DNA from: Bdellovibrionota bacterium
GTDB lineage: Bacteria; Bdellovibrionota_C; UBA2361; JBGSMV01
Direction of reading: 5' to 3'
Length of the DNA stretch: 26,077 bases
Assembly (NCBI GenBank): GCA_044356455.1
Contig: JBIKWF010000059.1
Location: forward strand, 1 to 26,077
Shown: positions 1-8,904 of the stretch, in pieces
Layout: the number at the start of each line of letters is the position of its first letter
Position numbering within the stretch: the first letter of the stretch is position 1
Position numbers and translations under genes: made by a program
Notes under the pieces: model-generated
Told to the model about the DNA's origin: nothing
The model's database searches: none
Seen by the model: only the letters and a program-made list of their open reading frames with translations

Positions 1-137
1 CCCAAAAGATCGCCTTCCCTAGTAACTACCGGCAGATGCCGTACCCCCCGTAAGGACATGGTATGCAGGGCCTCATCGAGGGTCATCGCTGCGTCAACAT
101 GGTAGGGACAGGGGACCATGACATCTTGAATCTTCAT
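1..137 (-). CDS. CBS domain-containing protein, 5' part (runs off window)
   Basis: Manual translation from ATG at 137: MKIQDVMVPCPYHVDAAMTLDEALHTMSLRGVRHLPVVTREGDLLG, a typical CBS start (DVM..., RHLPVV...G.LLG). It is not in the ORF track. Confidence 0.85.
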   Translation of the reverse strand, partial: MKIQDVMVPCPYHVDAAMTLDEALHTMSLRGVRHLPVVTREGDLL

Positions 138-240
138 AGGAACCTTCACTTGCCGAAGTAGTTGCCAAATCTTAGCCTAACGGCGAACTGGAGAGCTACA
201 CCGAAATAGAGTAGTTTAAGGAACCTCAGAAAGACTCTCC

Positions 241-315
241 TCTGTGTACCTCTGAGCCCTCTGTGGTGAAATTTTCATGAAGAAATTCACCACAGAGGAC
301 ACGGAGGTACACAGA
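241..315. repeat. Long palindrome of 9-10-bp periodic units (CTCTGTG.. / ..CACAGAG), copy A
   Basis: tctgtgtacctctgagccctctgtggtgaaattttca | tgaagaaattcaccacagaggacacggaggtacacaga; ~37-bp arms with few mismatches. Confidence 0.9.
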
Positions 316-326
316 AGTGTAATTAG

Positions 327-456
327 GGAACCTCTGAAAAACCTAGATATTTTATTTCTTTCCCTCCGTGTTCTCTGTGCCCTCTGTGGTTTTTCAACAA
401 TTTAAATCAACCACAGAGGGCACAGAGTTCACAGAGCAGATTTTTTCAGAGCTTCC
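327..456. mobile_element. Nested MITE-like element (inner shell) carrying palindrome copy B
   Basis: TTAG(323-326)-GGAACCTCTGAAAAACC ... TTTTTCAGAGCTTCC-ATAG(457-460); same terminal repeat family as 220-499. Confidence 0.65.
364..436. repeat. 9-bp-unit palindrome, copy B
   Basis: ctccgtgttctctgtgccctctgtggtt (364-391), AT-rich spacer, aaccacagagggcacagagttcacagag (409-436); three units per arm. Confidence 0.9.
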
Positions 457-540
457 ATAGATTGAGGCATATTAAGAATGGAGGTTTTTCAGAGGCTCCT
501 TAACCGCCAAGAATGTGCCCCCTAACCACACGAGTATCTC

Positions 541-1773
541 ATGTCCGACCAAGTTATCCCTGAATCTACCCTTACCGAAGCTCTCGTTCCTGAACTGATC
601 GCCCCGGAGCAGACCCTGGGTAGTCAAAACGTGGACCAGATTTCAATAGGAGGCAAAGAGATATTTCTTGTCGGAACGGCACATGTAAGCAAAGCCAGCG
701 CTGATTTGGCAGAACAGGTGATTCGCCAAGTAAAACCCGATTCAGTAGCAATAGAACTTTGCGAACCTCGTTATCAATCCCTTAAGAACCCCGATCGCTG
801 GAAAAACATGGATATCGTCTCCGTGATCCGGCAGGGCAAGGCCTATGTCCTCATGGCGCAGCTCATGCTTGCCGCCTTCCAGAAGAAACTTGGAGACCAG
901 CTCAAAATTAAACCGGGCGCTGAAATGGTTCGAGCTGCGGAAATTGCTGAAGCAACAGGCGCTCGTATTATCCTCGCCGATAGAAACGTAACCACTACCT
1001 TGAAGCGCACGTGGGCCTCCTTAGGGTTTTGGTCTATGGGAAAACTCTTCTTCGCCATGCTGGGAGGACTTTTCTCAGACCAAAAAATCGATGAGGCCGA
1101 AATTGAGCGCCTCAAGTCTTCGGATGCCCTGGATGAGCTCATGCGCGAATTCTCAAAGGCCTTACCTGAGGTTCGCATTTCGCTCATCGATGAGCGCGAT
1201 AAGTATCTCGCTGAAAAAATTCAGTCTGCTCCAGGAACCCGCATTGTGGCGATTGTTGGCGCGGGCCATGTGGCGGGAATCAAGCGCTACCTTGGAACCA
1301 AGATTGATATTCAAGCGCTGGATGCACTTCCCCCTCCTAGCCCATTCGCCCGGCTGCTCGGCATGGGAATTCCTGCGCTATTTGTCGCACTTATTGTAGG
1401 AGGCTTTTTCTACTCAGGTGCAGAAACGAGCGCTCACATGGTAGGCGCCTGGATTCTTATTACGGGAGGGTTCGCAGCACTGGGCTCACTCATCGCGCTC
1501 GGTCACCCCCTCACGATACTTTCCGCTTTTGTCGCCTCGCCCTTCACTACCATTCATCCCCTGCTTGCCTCAGGCTGGGTGGCTGGTCTCGTAGAAGCCA
1601 TGATTCGAAAGCCACGCGTCGGAGACCTTGAGCACATTGCCGAGGATTTAAGCACCTACGGGGGATGGTACCGAAATCGAGTAAGTAGAATTCTTTTAAT
1701 AATGGCGCTCACGAACCTATTTGGAACGATTGGCGCACTGTGGGGTATTAAGGTAGTGGCCTCCATGCTCTGA
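541..1773 (+). CDS. TraB/PrgY/GumN family protein (pheromone shutdown TraB-like) with C-terminal membrane segments
   Basis: Motifs LVGTAHVS, PDSVAIELC, PGAEM, LADR, LIDERD, AIVGAGH; hydrophobic C-terminal third. Confidence 0.9.
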   Translation: MSDQVIPESTLTEALVPELIAPEQTLGSQNVDQISIGGKEIFLVGTAHVSKASADLAEQVIRQVKPDSVAIELCEPRYQSLKNPDRWKNMDIVSVIRQGKAYVLMAQLMLAAFQKKLGDQLKIKPGAEMVRAAEIAEATGARIILADRNVTTTLKRTWASLGFWSMGKLFFAMLGGLFSDQKIDEAEIERLKSSDALDELMREFSKALPEVRISLIDERDKYLAEKIQSAPGTRIVAIVGAGHVAGIKRYLGTKIDIQALDALPPPSPFARLLGMGIPALFVALIVGGFFYSGAETSAHMVGAWILITGGFAALGSLIALGHPLTILSAFVASPFTTIHPLLASGWVAGLVEAMIRKPRVGDLEHIAEDLSTYGGWYRNRVSRILLIMALTNLFGTIGALWGIKVVASML

Positions 1774-1935
1774 TTCAAAAAGGCACTTCACGAAGAAGTG
1801 AGAGCCCTCCGCAGCAAGCGCAAGCCCCTGAATAAATTAGCATAGCTGCGACCTGCGCAGAGGGAGTGTCATCGCGCCGCCCCTGTGCCCCCTTGTCCCT
1901 CTATGGTAAAGGAAGTCTCCGAGAGAAGAGTACCC

Positions 1936-2928
1936 ATGTCCAAATCCCTACCGTCAGAAACCCTGCCCTCAGTAGCGCTTGCGCGCTCCATTATTTCGGC
2001 AGAGGCTCACGCTCTTTCCCTAATGGCCGAATCGCTCGGACCAGCCTTCGACAGCGCGGTACAGGCTTGTGTTTCCCTTAGCCCCCGCGGCCGTATCGTA
2101 GTGTGCGGAATTGGGAAGACCGGAATTATAGGGGCAAAGATATCCGCTACGTTTGCGAGCGTAGGTTTCCCCTCCTATGTCCTTCACCCCGGCGAAGCGG
2201 TTCATGGCGACCTTGGCAGGTTATGCCCTGAAGATTTAGTCATTCTGCTTTCCAATTCAGGGCAGTCTTCGGAAATCCTGAGAATCCTCCCCTACCTCAA
2301 GAACTTTGGGGTCACCACGCTTGCTATCACCAGTGGCGCAAACTCCCCCATGGTGAAGCAATGCAGCCTTTCCCTTGTGGTGCCCAAACTTGAGGAAGCG
2401 GGGGCACTTGGCCTTGCGCCCACTTCCTCTACCACGGCGCTTCTGGCCTTGGGTGATGCGCTCGTTATGTGCGCTGCCCATCATCGCAAGGTTTCACGCG
2501 ATCTTTTTGCCGCAAGACACCCTGGGGGAATGCTCGGCAAGACACTCATGCTCGTTTCTGAACTGATGCGGCGAGGCGATCAATTATGCGTCGTCTCGGA
2601 AAAACTTCTCTGCAAAGATGTTTTGCACAGCATCACCCTCACCAAAGGTCGGCCAGGATGCGCGGCGCTCGTTAATGCGGAGGGACAACTCCAAGGAATT
2701 TTTACCGACGGCGATTTGCGCAGATGCTTAGACCGGAATCCTGACTTTCTGGAACGGCCGGTTGTAGAATTTATGTCCCACACTCCCAAGACAGTATCGC
2801 CCGATACTCTTGCCGAAGAAGCCTTGAGAACCATGAATCAGTTTCAAATTGACCAGGTACTCGTTATCGACGAACAACGCCGGCCTATTGGGCTGCTTGA
2901 TATTCAAGATATTGTTCAGGTTGGATAA
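1936..2928 (+). CDS. kdsD: KpsF/GutQ family arabinose-5-phosphate isomerase (SIS + CBS pair)
   Basis: GIGKTGIIG, HPGEAVHGDLG, LSNSGQS, LAPTSST, GDAL, HPGG.LG, GIFTDGDLRR. The start is placed at ATG 1936 (ORF track extends to 1885; start uncertain). Confidence 0.9.
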   Translation: MSKSLPSETLPSVALARSIISAEAHALSLMAESLGPAFDSAVQACVSLSPRGRIVVCGIGKTGIIGAKISATFASVGFPSYVLHPGEAVHGDLGRLCPEDLVILLSNSGQSSEILRILPYLKNFGVTTLAITSGANSPMVKQCSLSLVVPKLEEAGALGLAPTSSTTALLALGDALVMCAAHHRKVSRDLFAARHPGGMLGKTLMLVSELMRRGDQLCVVSEKLLCKDVLHSITLTKGRPGCAALVNAEGQLQGIFTDGDLRRCLDRNPDFLERPVVEFMSHTPKTVSPDTLAEEALRTMNQFQIDQVLVIDEQRRPIGLLDIQDIVQVG

Positions 2929-2959
2929 GAGCTTCCCGAGCGAATCTCTGGCCAGCTTT

Positions 2960-3008
2960 CCCTTCGTGGTCTCTGTGGTCTTAGTGGTTGTTTTTAAAAA
3001 CAACAAAG
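2960..3008. repeat. 9-bp-unit palindrome, copy C (right arm decayed)
   Basis: cccttcgtggtctctgtggtcttagtggttgtttttaaaaacaacaaag aligns closely with 8905-8952; lies between convergent genes. Confidence 0.75.
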
Positions 3009-3039
3009 CCCATAGGAAGCAATCCCTCGGGGGCTCCCT

Positions 3040-3420
3040 CTACCCAGCCTTCGACTCTTTACTCTGAATCGCAAGCGCTTCTATATACTCTTTAAACGCT
3101 GCATGGATGTCGTAGCGCAGGAAAACTTCCGCCGGACGAGCTGACTTTGCTAGTTTCTTAAGATCTTCATCTTGATTAGGACAGATACAGACCACTGGAT
3201 TGTCTGTGATTCTTCCCACATTGACCATTTGCCGCAGAGCGCCTCTCTCTTGAATAAGCTCCTCGTTAACATCGGCAATGAGGACTCGTCCGAGCTGCTT
3301 AAGCTCTTTGATAATACGTTCCGTCTTGGCGGTCCTGAGCACGCGTATCCCTGCAGCGGAACAAATTCCCGAGATTTTCTCCTGAAGGAATGCGTCAGAG
3401 CTACAAAGAACGGCAATCAT
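3040..3420 (-). CDS. Small hypothetical protein, possibly atypical receiver (CheY-like) fold
   Basis: 126-aa ORF filling the gap; beta/alpha pattern like REC (IAVLCSSD...VLIADVN...PVVCIC...AEVFLR) but lacks the acidic pair and conserved Lys. Confidence 0.6.
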   Translation of the reverse strand: MIAVLCSSDAFLQEKISGICSAAGIRVLRTAKTERIIKELKQLGRVLIADVNEELIQERGALRQMVNVGRITDNPVVCICPNQDEDLKKLAKSARPAEVFLRYDIHAAFKEYIEALAIQSKESKAG

Positions 3421-3597
3421 ATGAGAAAGGGTAAAATGGTTATTCTTTCATTCACTAAAATCAGCTCGGCACACCCTGGTGAGGAGGTCGGAATGGCGGA
3501 CGCACTACTTGAGCCCTTTCTAAAATACGGAATTTTCTTAGCGTATTCTGCGTAATTCCATCAAAGAATCAGGCAATTACCAATTCGCGCCTAATCG

Positions 3598-3624
3598 TAC
3601 AGGTCCCCCACAAAGCGCCGATAT
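3598..3624 (+). promoter_or_regulatory. Putative sigma28 (FliA) promoter
   Basis: TACA-N15-GCCGATAT versus consensus TAAA-N15-GCCGATAA, ~145 bp upstream of a flagellin gene. Confidence 0.7.
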
Positions 3625-3767
3625 TCACTAGTAGAAGATGATGGACATGCTAACGGGACGCGCTAACGACGCTCAAGCAGAGGGCGAAGCTTGCGAGTCC
3701 AAAGAGGAGACGCACGAGGCGAACCGAATCGTCGTGGCCTGGCGTCATTAACATAGAGGTTAGCAGT

Positions 3768-4556
3768 ATGAAGTTAGATTCACTTCTTCGCGGGCTCTCA
3801 ACAGCCACGAATGAACTCAATAAATCAACCGAGAAGCTCTCTTCGGGCAAGCGGATTAACCGCGCCGCCGATGATGCAGCAGGGCTTGCCATTGTGAGTC
3901 AGCTCGTCAGCGACGAGAAAGTACAAAGGCAAGCATCCAGTAACATCGACTACGGCAAGTCTGTATCCGAAGTTCAAGACGCGGCACTTAGCAGCATCTC
4001 GGACATCAGCCAAAGACGCGCGGAACTTGCGGCTCAAGCTTCCAACGGCACTCTGAGCGACAGTCAGCGAGCTTCGCTGGACGCCGAGTACCAATCACTT
4101 GGCCAAGAAGCGGACCGCATCGTTGCATCAACTGAGTTTAATGGAGTGAATCCGCTTGAAAATGAAGTCAACCTACAGGTAGGCGGAAACTCTAGCAGCG
4201 ATTCACAAATTGCGCTGGGAAGCACCCCTTCAAGTGTCCTCTCCGGATCAGGAGGGAGCTTACTATCAGCAAGCTCGGCGCAAGCGGCACTTGATAGTGC
4301 CATCTCGAAAATAGCCGATGTTTCTGAAGCACGCGGCACAAATGGAGCTGCAGTTTCTCGCCTCGATTATGCACAGAACGCGGCCGAGTCCAATGCAACC
4401 GAGAAGGCGGCCGCACGCTCACGCATTGAAGACGCTGATATCGCCGAAACTGTCGCGCGCAGGGTCTCCAGTGAAATACAGCAGAATCAGACTACTGCGC
4501 TTCTCGCCCAAGCGCAGCAGCTGAATAGACAGAATGCTGCTATTCTATTGAAGTAA
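3768..4556 (+). CDS. fliC: Flagellin (minimal, 262 aa)
   Basis: EKLSSGKRINRAADDAAGLAI, ELAAQASNGT, TEFNGVNPL, LQVG, RSRIEDADIA, LLAQA..L; RBS GAGG upstream. Confidence 0.9.
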   Translation: MKLDSLLRGLSTATNELNKSTEKLSSGKRINRAADDAAGLAIVSQLVSDEKVQRQASSNIDYGKSVSEVQDAALSSISDISQRRAELAAQASNGTLSDSQRASLDAEYQSLGQEADRIVASTEFNGVNPLENEVNLQVGGNSSSDSQIALGSTPSSVLSGSGGSLLSASSAQAALDSAISKIADVSEARGTNGAAVSRLDYAQNAAESNATEKAAARSRIEDADIAETVARRVSSEIQQNQTTALLAQAQQLNRQNAAILLK

Positions 4557-4568
4557 GACGAGGACACT

Positions 4569-5348
4569 GTGGTGGTTGGCAAAATCGGAGCATCTCGAAT
4601 TGATCTTCTTGGTTCCTCGGGTTCCTCTCGCACGCTGGGAGACTCTCTAAACGTGCAGAGCACCCAGGGAACTACCAAGACCGGGCGAGCAAACGAAGAT
4701 GCCGCCACCGTCTCCCTCTCTAAAGATGTCGTAACAGCTAAGACATCCTCAGCTCCCGGAGTCTCAAATTATCTTGCCGTGCGTGAGAACGCCGCCAATG
4801 CAATTACGAGCCTTCGAGCTGAGCAACAAAGCCTTGCGGAAAAGGGGGCAACCCTTGCCGAAAGTGAGGAGCTCGCCACTCTTCAATCCCGATTTGGCGA
4901 AATAGAAGAAGAGATTAGCCGCATAAGTAGCGAAGCCACCTATAAGGGACAGAACGTTCTTCAAGGAGCAGTCTTTGGAGAGAATGACGCCAGTGATGGG
5001 AGCAAGACAAAAGTATTCGCGGTAGCGAGCCTCGCCCCTCTTACCGCAGATCCAGGACTTTCTCTTGCGACCCCTGAGCTTGCCGACGCCGCGGACGAGT
5101 CGCTCACGACCTTAGTGGGTCTGGCTTCTAGCGCAGCAGAATCAAGCTCCCGAGCCCAAGAAGTAGCAAGTTCAAGCGCCGCAAGCTCCTCGGAAGCCTC
5201 TTCCGAGGAAGCTTCCCGGCTTTCCGTTGAAGATGCCCAAAAGAGAGCCCGGTCCATTGCAGATCAAGTGACTCAAGCCGCAAGCGCATCGTTCTCTGCG
5301 GAAGATAGCACGCTGAGTCTCATAGATTCTCTGGATCAGACCGCATAA
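4569..5348 (+). CDS. Divergent flagellin-like protein (partial flagellin N-terminal domain)
   Basis: ENAANAITSLRAEQQSLAEKGAT...LQSRFGEIEEEISRISSEATYKGQNVL parallels the flagellin ND1 helices; GAGGA RBS before GTG; directly follows the flagellin. Confidence 0.65.
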   Translation: MVVGKIGASRIDLLGSSGSSRTLGDSLNVQSTQGTTKTGRANEDAATVSLSKDVVTAKTSSAPGVSNYLAVRENAANAITSLRAEQQSLAEKGATLAESEELATLQSRFGEIEEEISRISSEATYKGQNVLQGAVFGENDASDGSKTKVFAVASLAPLTADPGLSLATPELADAADESLTTLVGLASSAAESSSRAQEVASSSAASSSEASSEEASRLSVEDAQKRARSIADQVTQAASASFSAEDSTLSLIDSLDQTA

Positions 5349-5420
5349 GCGCATAAAGCTTCGGATTTCTATTCGTATCGCGTAGTCGACGGGGGACGCG
5401 GAGAGACAAAAGATCCCCTG

Positions 5421-5437
5421 GGATTTTCAGGGATTCC
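5421..5437 (-). repeat. Solo degenerate MITE-family terminal repeat
   Basis: Minus strand GGAATCCCTGAAAATCC, 12/14 match to GGAACCTCTGAAAA. Confidence 0.4.
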
Positions 5438-5466
5438 TAAGACTACCGCCGCAAATAGGCCGGTCG

Positions 5467-5877
5467 TTAGGCTCGTCTAACCTGAGCCAAGAATTCTATG
5501 AAATCGTCGAGATGTTTCTCGAGAATAGAATCCACGATTTTAAAATTGAGCTTCTGATATTCATGAATCGCAATATTTCGAAAACCAACCATGCGCTTCA
5601 TAGAAGCGGCTGTCTCTGAGGAGAGTAATTTTGCAGCAACGAGCAAATCAAAGCCATCTCGATTCGTCTGTGGAATGCCTAGCTGCTTTACCTTCGCCAC
5701 ATGCACGGAGAGACTGATCGCAAGCTCGCATGCCTGTTGCAGTGTAAGGATGATAGAGTCTTGCTTAAGCTCGTCTTCGACCCAGGCGAGCTGCTTTCCG
5801 CCGTGAAGCCGTTGAAGTTTCGCTACCGCACGCTCGAGGGCAGCAGATTTGTTTATTACTACGTTATCAATGACCAT
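5467..5877 (-). CDS. hepT: HepT-like HEPN ribonuclease toxin (DUF86), type VII TA
   Basis: RX4HXY motif (FRNIAIHEY), LQQACELAI, GIPQTNRDGFDLL; immediately downstream of an MNT gene. Confidence 0.92.
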   Translation of the reverse strand: MVIDNVVINKSAALERAVAKLQRLHGGKQLAWVEDELKQDSIILTLQQACELAISLSVHVAKVKQLGIPQTNRDGFDLLVAAKLLSSETAASMKRMVGFRNIAIHEYQKLNFKIVDSILEKHLDDFIEFLAQVRRA

Positions 5878-5878
5878 C

Positions 5879-6295
5879 TTAACTTTCCCCAGGTCTCCTC
5901 GACCCAGCGATAGGGCGATAGAACTCTTCTAAAAAATCTCTTCTTTGCTCATTAAAATCGGTATAGGCGCAAATTGCATACGTCTCAAACTCTTTCCGTG
6001 CCTCAGGGTCAAGGTCAAGAATTACCTTAGCTTTACTGACAATCTCCGCGCGAAAGACCTCGGACGCATGGCGAATATCTATAAGGTGAACGTCCCTATT
6101 CAGCGCAACTGCAATATCCTGCGAAATATTCCAAAGTTCGACTGAATCAACAGGCGGAGCGTTGTTGAGAAAAGCCAGATCAACATCGCTATCACTCCGT
6201 GCAGTATCGTCAGCCTGCGAGCCAAAAAGATACACCGCCTGGAGCGCACCAAACTTTGCACGAAGAATATCAATAGCAGGATTAAGGTTGATCAC
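5879..6295 (-). CDS. mntA: MntA-like minimal nucleotidyltransferase antitoxin
   Basis: AVYLFGSQADDTARSDSDVDLA (GSX10DXD). The start is estimated at GTG 6295 (ORF track extends to 6352). Confidence 0.9.
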   Translation of the reverse strand: MINLNPAIDILRAKFGALQAVYLFGSQADDTARSDSDVDLAFLNNAPPVDSVELWNISQDIAVALNRDVHLIDIRHASEVFRAEIVSKAKVILDLDPEARKEFETYAICAYTDFNEQRRDFLEEFYRPIAGSRRPGES

Positions 6296-6473
6296 TTTCA
6301 GACAGTAGCAAAGAGAGTATTGCCGAGAAAGTACGATCTGGACTTCACCCAAGCTGGAACCTATGACCCTGATATTGCTAAGGGATTAGAGCACCTCCAC
6401 GCGACATTCATTCTTGCCGAGCCGCCGCTGCAAATCATAGGAAACTATTTCAACAAATCTCCGATATCGGGGC

Positions 6474-6959
6474 ATGCGCTTCAATTCAACAATGGTTTCG
6501 GATTTCGCCGTCGCTGCGAGGAAATACAAGTGGAGTCGCTTCTGCAAAGGAAGCTCCCTCACTGAATTCCTGCTAAGCCTGGCGATAACCTCGGCCCTCG
6601 CGGTCATCTCCATTCCAAACCTTCAGGCCCTCACTGCAGGAGGCATATTCGCCAAGTCATGCCGTGCATTGAAGCCCGCTCTTGAACTAGGGAGAGTCTC
6701 CGCACTGACCCTTGGGCAGCAAGTCGAAGTCGCATTGATAGGGAAGCAGCTCGTAGGTAGAGCTCCCGCCCAAAATCGCATCATATTTAAGGCCGAGGTT
6801 CCAAAGGGGCGCGCCGAAATCGCGTCGTCTGAGCCAGGAAAGATAATCTTTAGGCCAAATCTAAGTGCCTCCCCAAGCAGTCTGCGCGTCTTTGGCGCCT
6901 CTCGCACCTGCCTAGTTCAAATCTCTCTTCGAGGAAGAATTGCGGAGAGCATACGATGA
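6474..6959 (+). CDS. Prepilin-type protein, FimT/FimU/GspH-like
   Basis: Type III signal KG^SSLTEFLLSLAI...ISIPNL, LELGRVSAL, IIFRPNLSA, ISLRGRI; start uncertain. Confidence 0.75.
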   Translation: MRFNSTMVSDFAVAARKYKWSRFCKGSSLTEFLLSLAITSALAVISIPNLQALTAGGIFAKSCRALKPALELGRVSALTLGQQVEVALIGKQLVGRAPAQNRIIFKAEVPKGRAEIASSEPGKIIFRPNLSASPSSLRVFGASRTCLVQISLRGRIAESIR

Positions 6960-7225
6960 ACTGCTGCCGCGGAGCCTCTCTCATCGAAGCACTGCTTCTT
7001 TGTCTTCTCATAGCCAGTGCTTCTCTCGCGAGCGCGGGACACCTCGCTTCTTCCTATCGCGCACTAAAGGAAATACGGGGGCTTACCCCTAAACTTTCAA
7101 ACGCTCCTCTTCCTTCCGAGGTTTGCAGCCTTCAACCTCACCACATCCTCAACGAAATTCTTTCTACCTGCCAAGACCCGGGGTTATCAAAAGATAGTTA
7201 TCTCCACGCAAGGAGGTGGCCATGA
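6956..7225 (+). CDS. Prepilin-type protein, PilV/GspI-like (short)
   Basis: RG^ASLIEALLLCLLI; ATGA overlap with the upstream gene. Confidence 0.65.
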   Translation: MNCCRGASLIEALLLCLLIASASLASAGHLASSYRALKEIRGLTPKLSNAPLPSEVCSLQPHHILNEILSTCQDPGLSKDSYLHARRWP

Positions 7226-8082
7226 TAGCAGACCGCGTAAACTTTGGTTTCTCCCTTCTTGAAACTCTGGTGGCAACGCTTATGACCTCTCTCTCGCTCC
7301 TGACTGGTGTCTATCTTGTTACTCGCCTCTCCCCGCAGCTTGATAGCTACGCGCAAGCAGAATCAGACCTCGCCGCCGAGCTGCTTGTCATTCAGCTTAT
7401 GAAGCGCGCCATGCGCTCCTTAGATTCGCACCGCTTACCCCTTATCCCCATGGTGCATAAAGGCGGAAACATAAGATTTAGCGACGGAAGCCTTGCTCCC
7501 TTTAGTGCGGGCGCAGCCTGGGATTCTGATGCAATTTCCTATACTCATCTTGACTCCGAACAAGTGCTTTCAGTTGCTGAGTGCCGCGTCTCCAGCGAAG
7601 CCACTATTATTAGGGGCTGTTTGAATGCCAGCCGCACGGCAAGTTTTAAGGGAATCGAAAATTTTGTTTTGGTTTCACCTGAAGGAGTAACGCTTGCTCC
7701 TGGAACAGTAAGAGGGCTCGGAGTGTGCCGTACGGCAGTATTGTTCTCTTCGCCCAGTATTCTTGGCGCCCAGCCTGCACGCCCCCTGCCATGTTCAGTA
7801 CAAGCGATTGTGCCTGCACGCACACTCGAAACTCTCTATCTTGGGCAAGATGGCATCCTGCGACTAGTTCGCACTCGCGGCGCAAAGGTAATCGAGCAGC
7901 AACCTGTTGCTGCGCTGCCCTTCAATTTGATGCTCAATCTACGAGAATCAGCGGAGAGTAATCTCCTCCAACTTGAAGTGCTTCTTTCTCCACGCGCTCC
8001 GCGCCAGGCCAGGCCTCGTAGCTTCACCTTTAATAGCTCGCTTAGCAGACGGCATTTTCTTGATCTGGTTTTTAATCTATGA
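7222..8082 (+). CDS. Prepilin-type protein, PilW/GspJ-like
   Basis: FG^FSLLETLVATLM; AGGAGG RBS at 7211-7216 and ATGA overlap support start 7222. Confidence 0.75.
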   Translation: MIADRVNFGFSLLETLVATLMTSLSLLTGVYLVTRLSPQLDSYAQAESDLAAELLVIQLMKRAMRSLDSHRLPLIPMVHKGGNIRFSDGSLAPFSAGAAWDSDAISYTHLDSEQVLSVAECRVSSEATIIRGCLNASRTASFKGIENFVLVSPEGVTLAPGTVRGLGVCRTAVLFSSPSILGAQPARPLPCSVQAIVPARTLETLYLGQDGILRLVRTRGAKVIEQQPVAALPFNLMLNLRESAESNLLQLEVLLSPRAPRQARPRSFTFNSSLSRRHFLDLVFNL

Positions 8083-8867
8083 ACTCTCAGGAACAGGGCA
8101 CCTCATTTTGCGCGGTGGTATTTATTCTCTTTGTGGTCTCAGCCCTGCTCTGCGCCTCTCCCCAAGGGACTGCGCTCATCATGAGAACCGCGGGGCTTGC
8201 CGCAAGCGTTCGAAAGCGTGAATCAGAGCCCATCGATAGAATCTTTGCTTCCCCCCTCTCACCCCTTAGCGGGATTCGCGTTCAAAGAAAGCAGATAACA
8301 ACAAGCCCATCCATTTCCACTTTTGCAACTTTGCTCTATCCGCATGAAGAGGGAATTCTATTGGACCTTGAGTTTAGCTCTGATCTCGCCTTGCACCCCT
8401 GCCCCGCATCCGCCCTTGTGCTCGAGCCTCTGCTCTATCGAGAAGAACCCAGCGTTTCTTCAGCGTACACATGCGCCTATGGCAATAGTTTGCGACTATC
8501 AAAGAATACGGAAATGCTGAGCAATCTTTCTGCGCCTGAGCTTGAGCTCTCGGGAGACTATCCGTTCACTCTCATTATCGCGGGCTGGCTTAGGCTCGAT
8601 TCGCTCCGAATCCTTGGAAGCGCCAGAGTAATTGTTGGTGGAGATGTTGCTATTCGCGAAGTTCATATCCCAGAGGGCAGTGACCTACGACTGCACTCCG
8701 CTACTGGCATGGTTGAAGTGCATGCGGCCTTAGGAAACGGACGAAGTCTTATCTCGGGACGTGACCGCGCACCAGCTCCTTTGCAAGGAATGGAAGCAAG
8801 TCTTCAAGTACTGCCACATAGCGAAGTTCGTCTTCTTGGAATCCAGCGTGTGGGCGATGCGAGTTGA
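8079..8867 (+). CDS. PilX/GspK-like protein (prepilin-type, no Glu+5)
   Basis: EQG^TSFCAVVFILFVVSALL lacks E5, as in PilX/GspK; fourth gene of the cluster; ATGA overlap. Confidence 0.6.
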   Translation: MNSQEQGTSFCAVVFILFVVSALLCASPQGTALIMRTAGLAASVRKRESEPIDRIFASPLSPLSGIRVQRKQITTSPSISTFATLLYPHEEGILLDLEFSSDLALHPCPASALVLEPLLYREEPSVSSAYTCAYGNSLRLSKNTEMLSNLSAPELELSGDYPFTLIIAGWLRLDSLRILGSARVIVGGDVAIREVHIPEGSDLRLHSATGMVEVHAALGNGRSLISGRDRAPAPLQGMEASLQVLPHSEVRLLGIQRVGDAS

Positions 8868-8904
8868 GGAACTTACTGCCCTCAACTAATTGAAGCATGC
8901 CCTC

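Larger units (their letters stand above)
220..499. mobile_element. MITE-like element (outer shell) with TTAA target duplication; contains a 9-bp-unit palindrome and a nested second element
   Basis: TTAA(216-219)-GGAACCTCAGAAAGACTCTCC ... GGAGGTTTTTCAGAGGCTCC-TTAA(500-503). The ends are imperfect inverted repeats and there is no ORF. Confidence 0.7.

Noticed and set aside
3675..3750. c-di-GMP-I riboswitch in the flagellin leader
   Set aside because: There is only a loose GGCGAA...GACGCA resemblance; the GNRA tetraloop and receptor stems could not be identified by eye.
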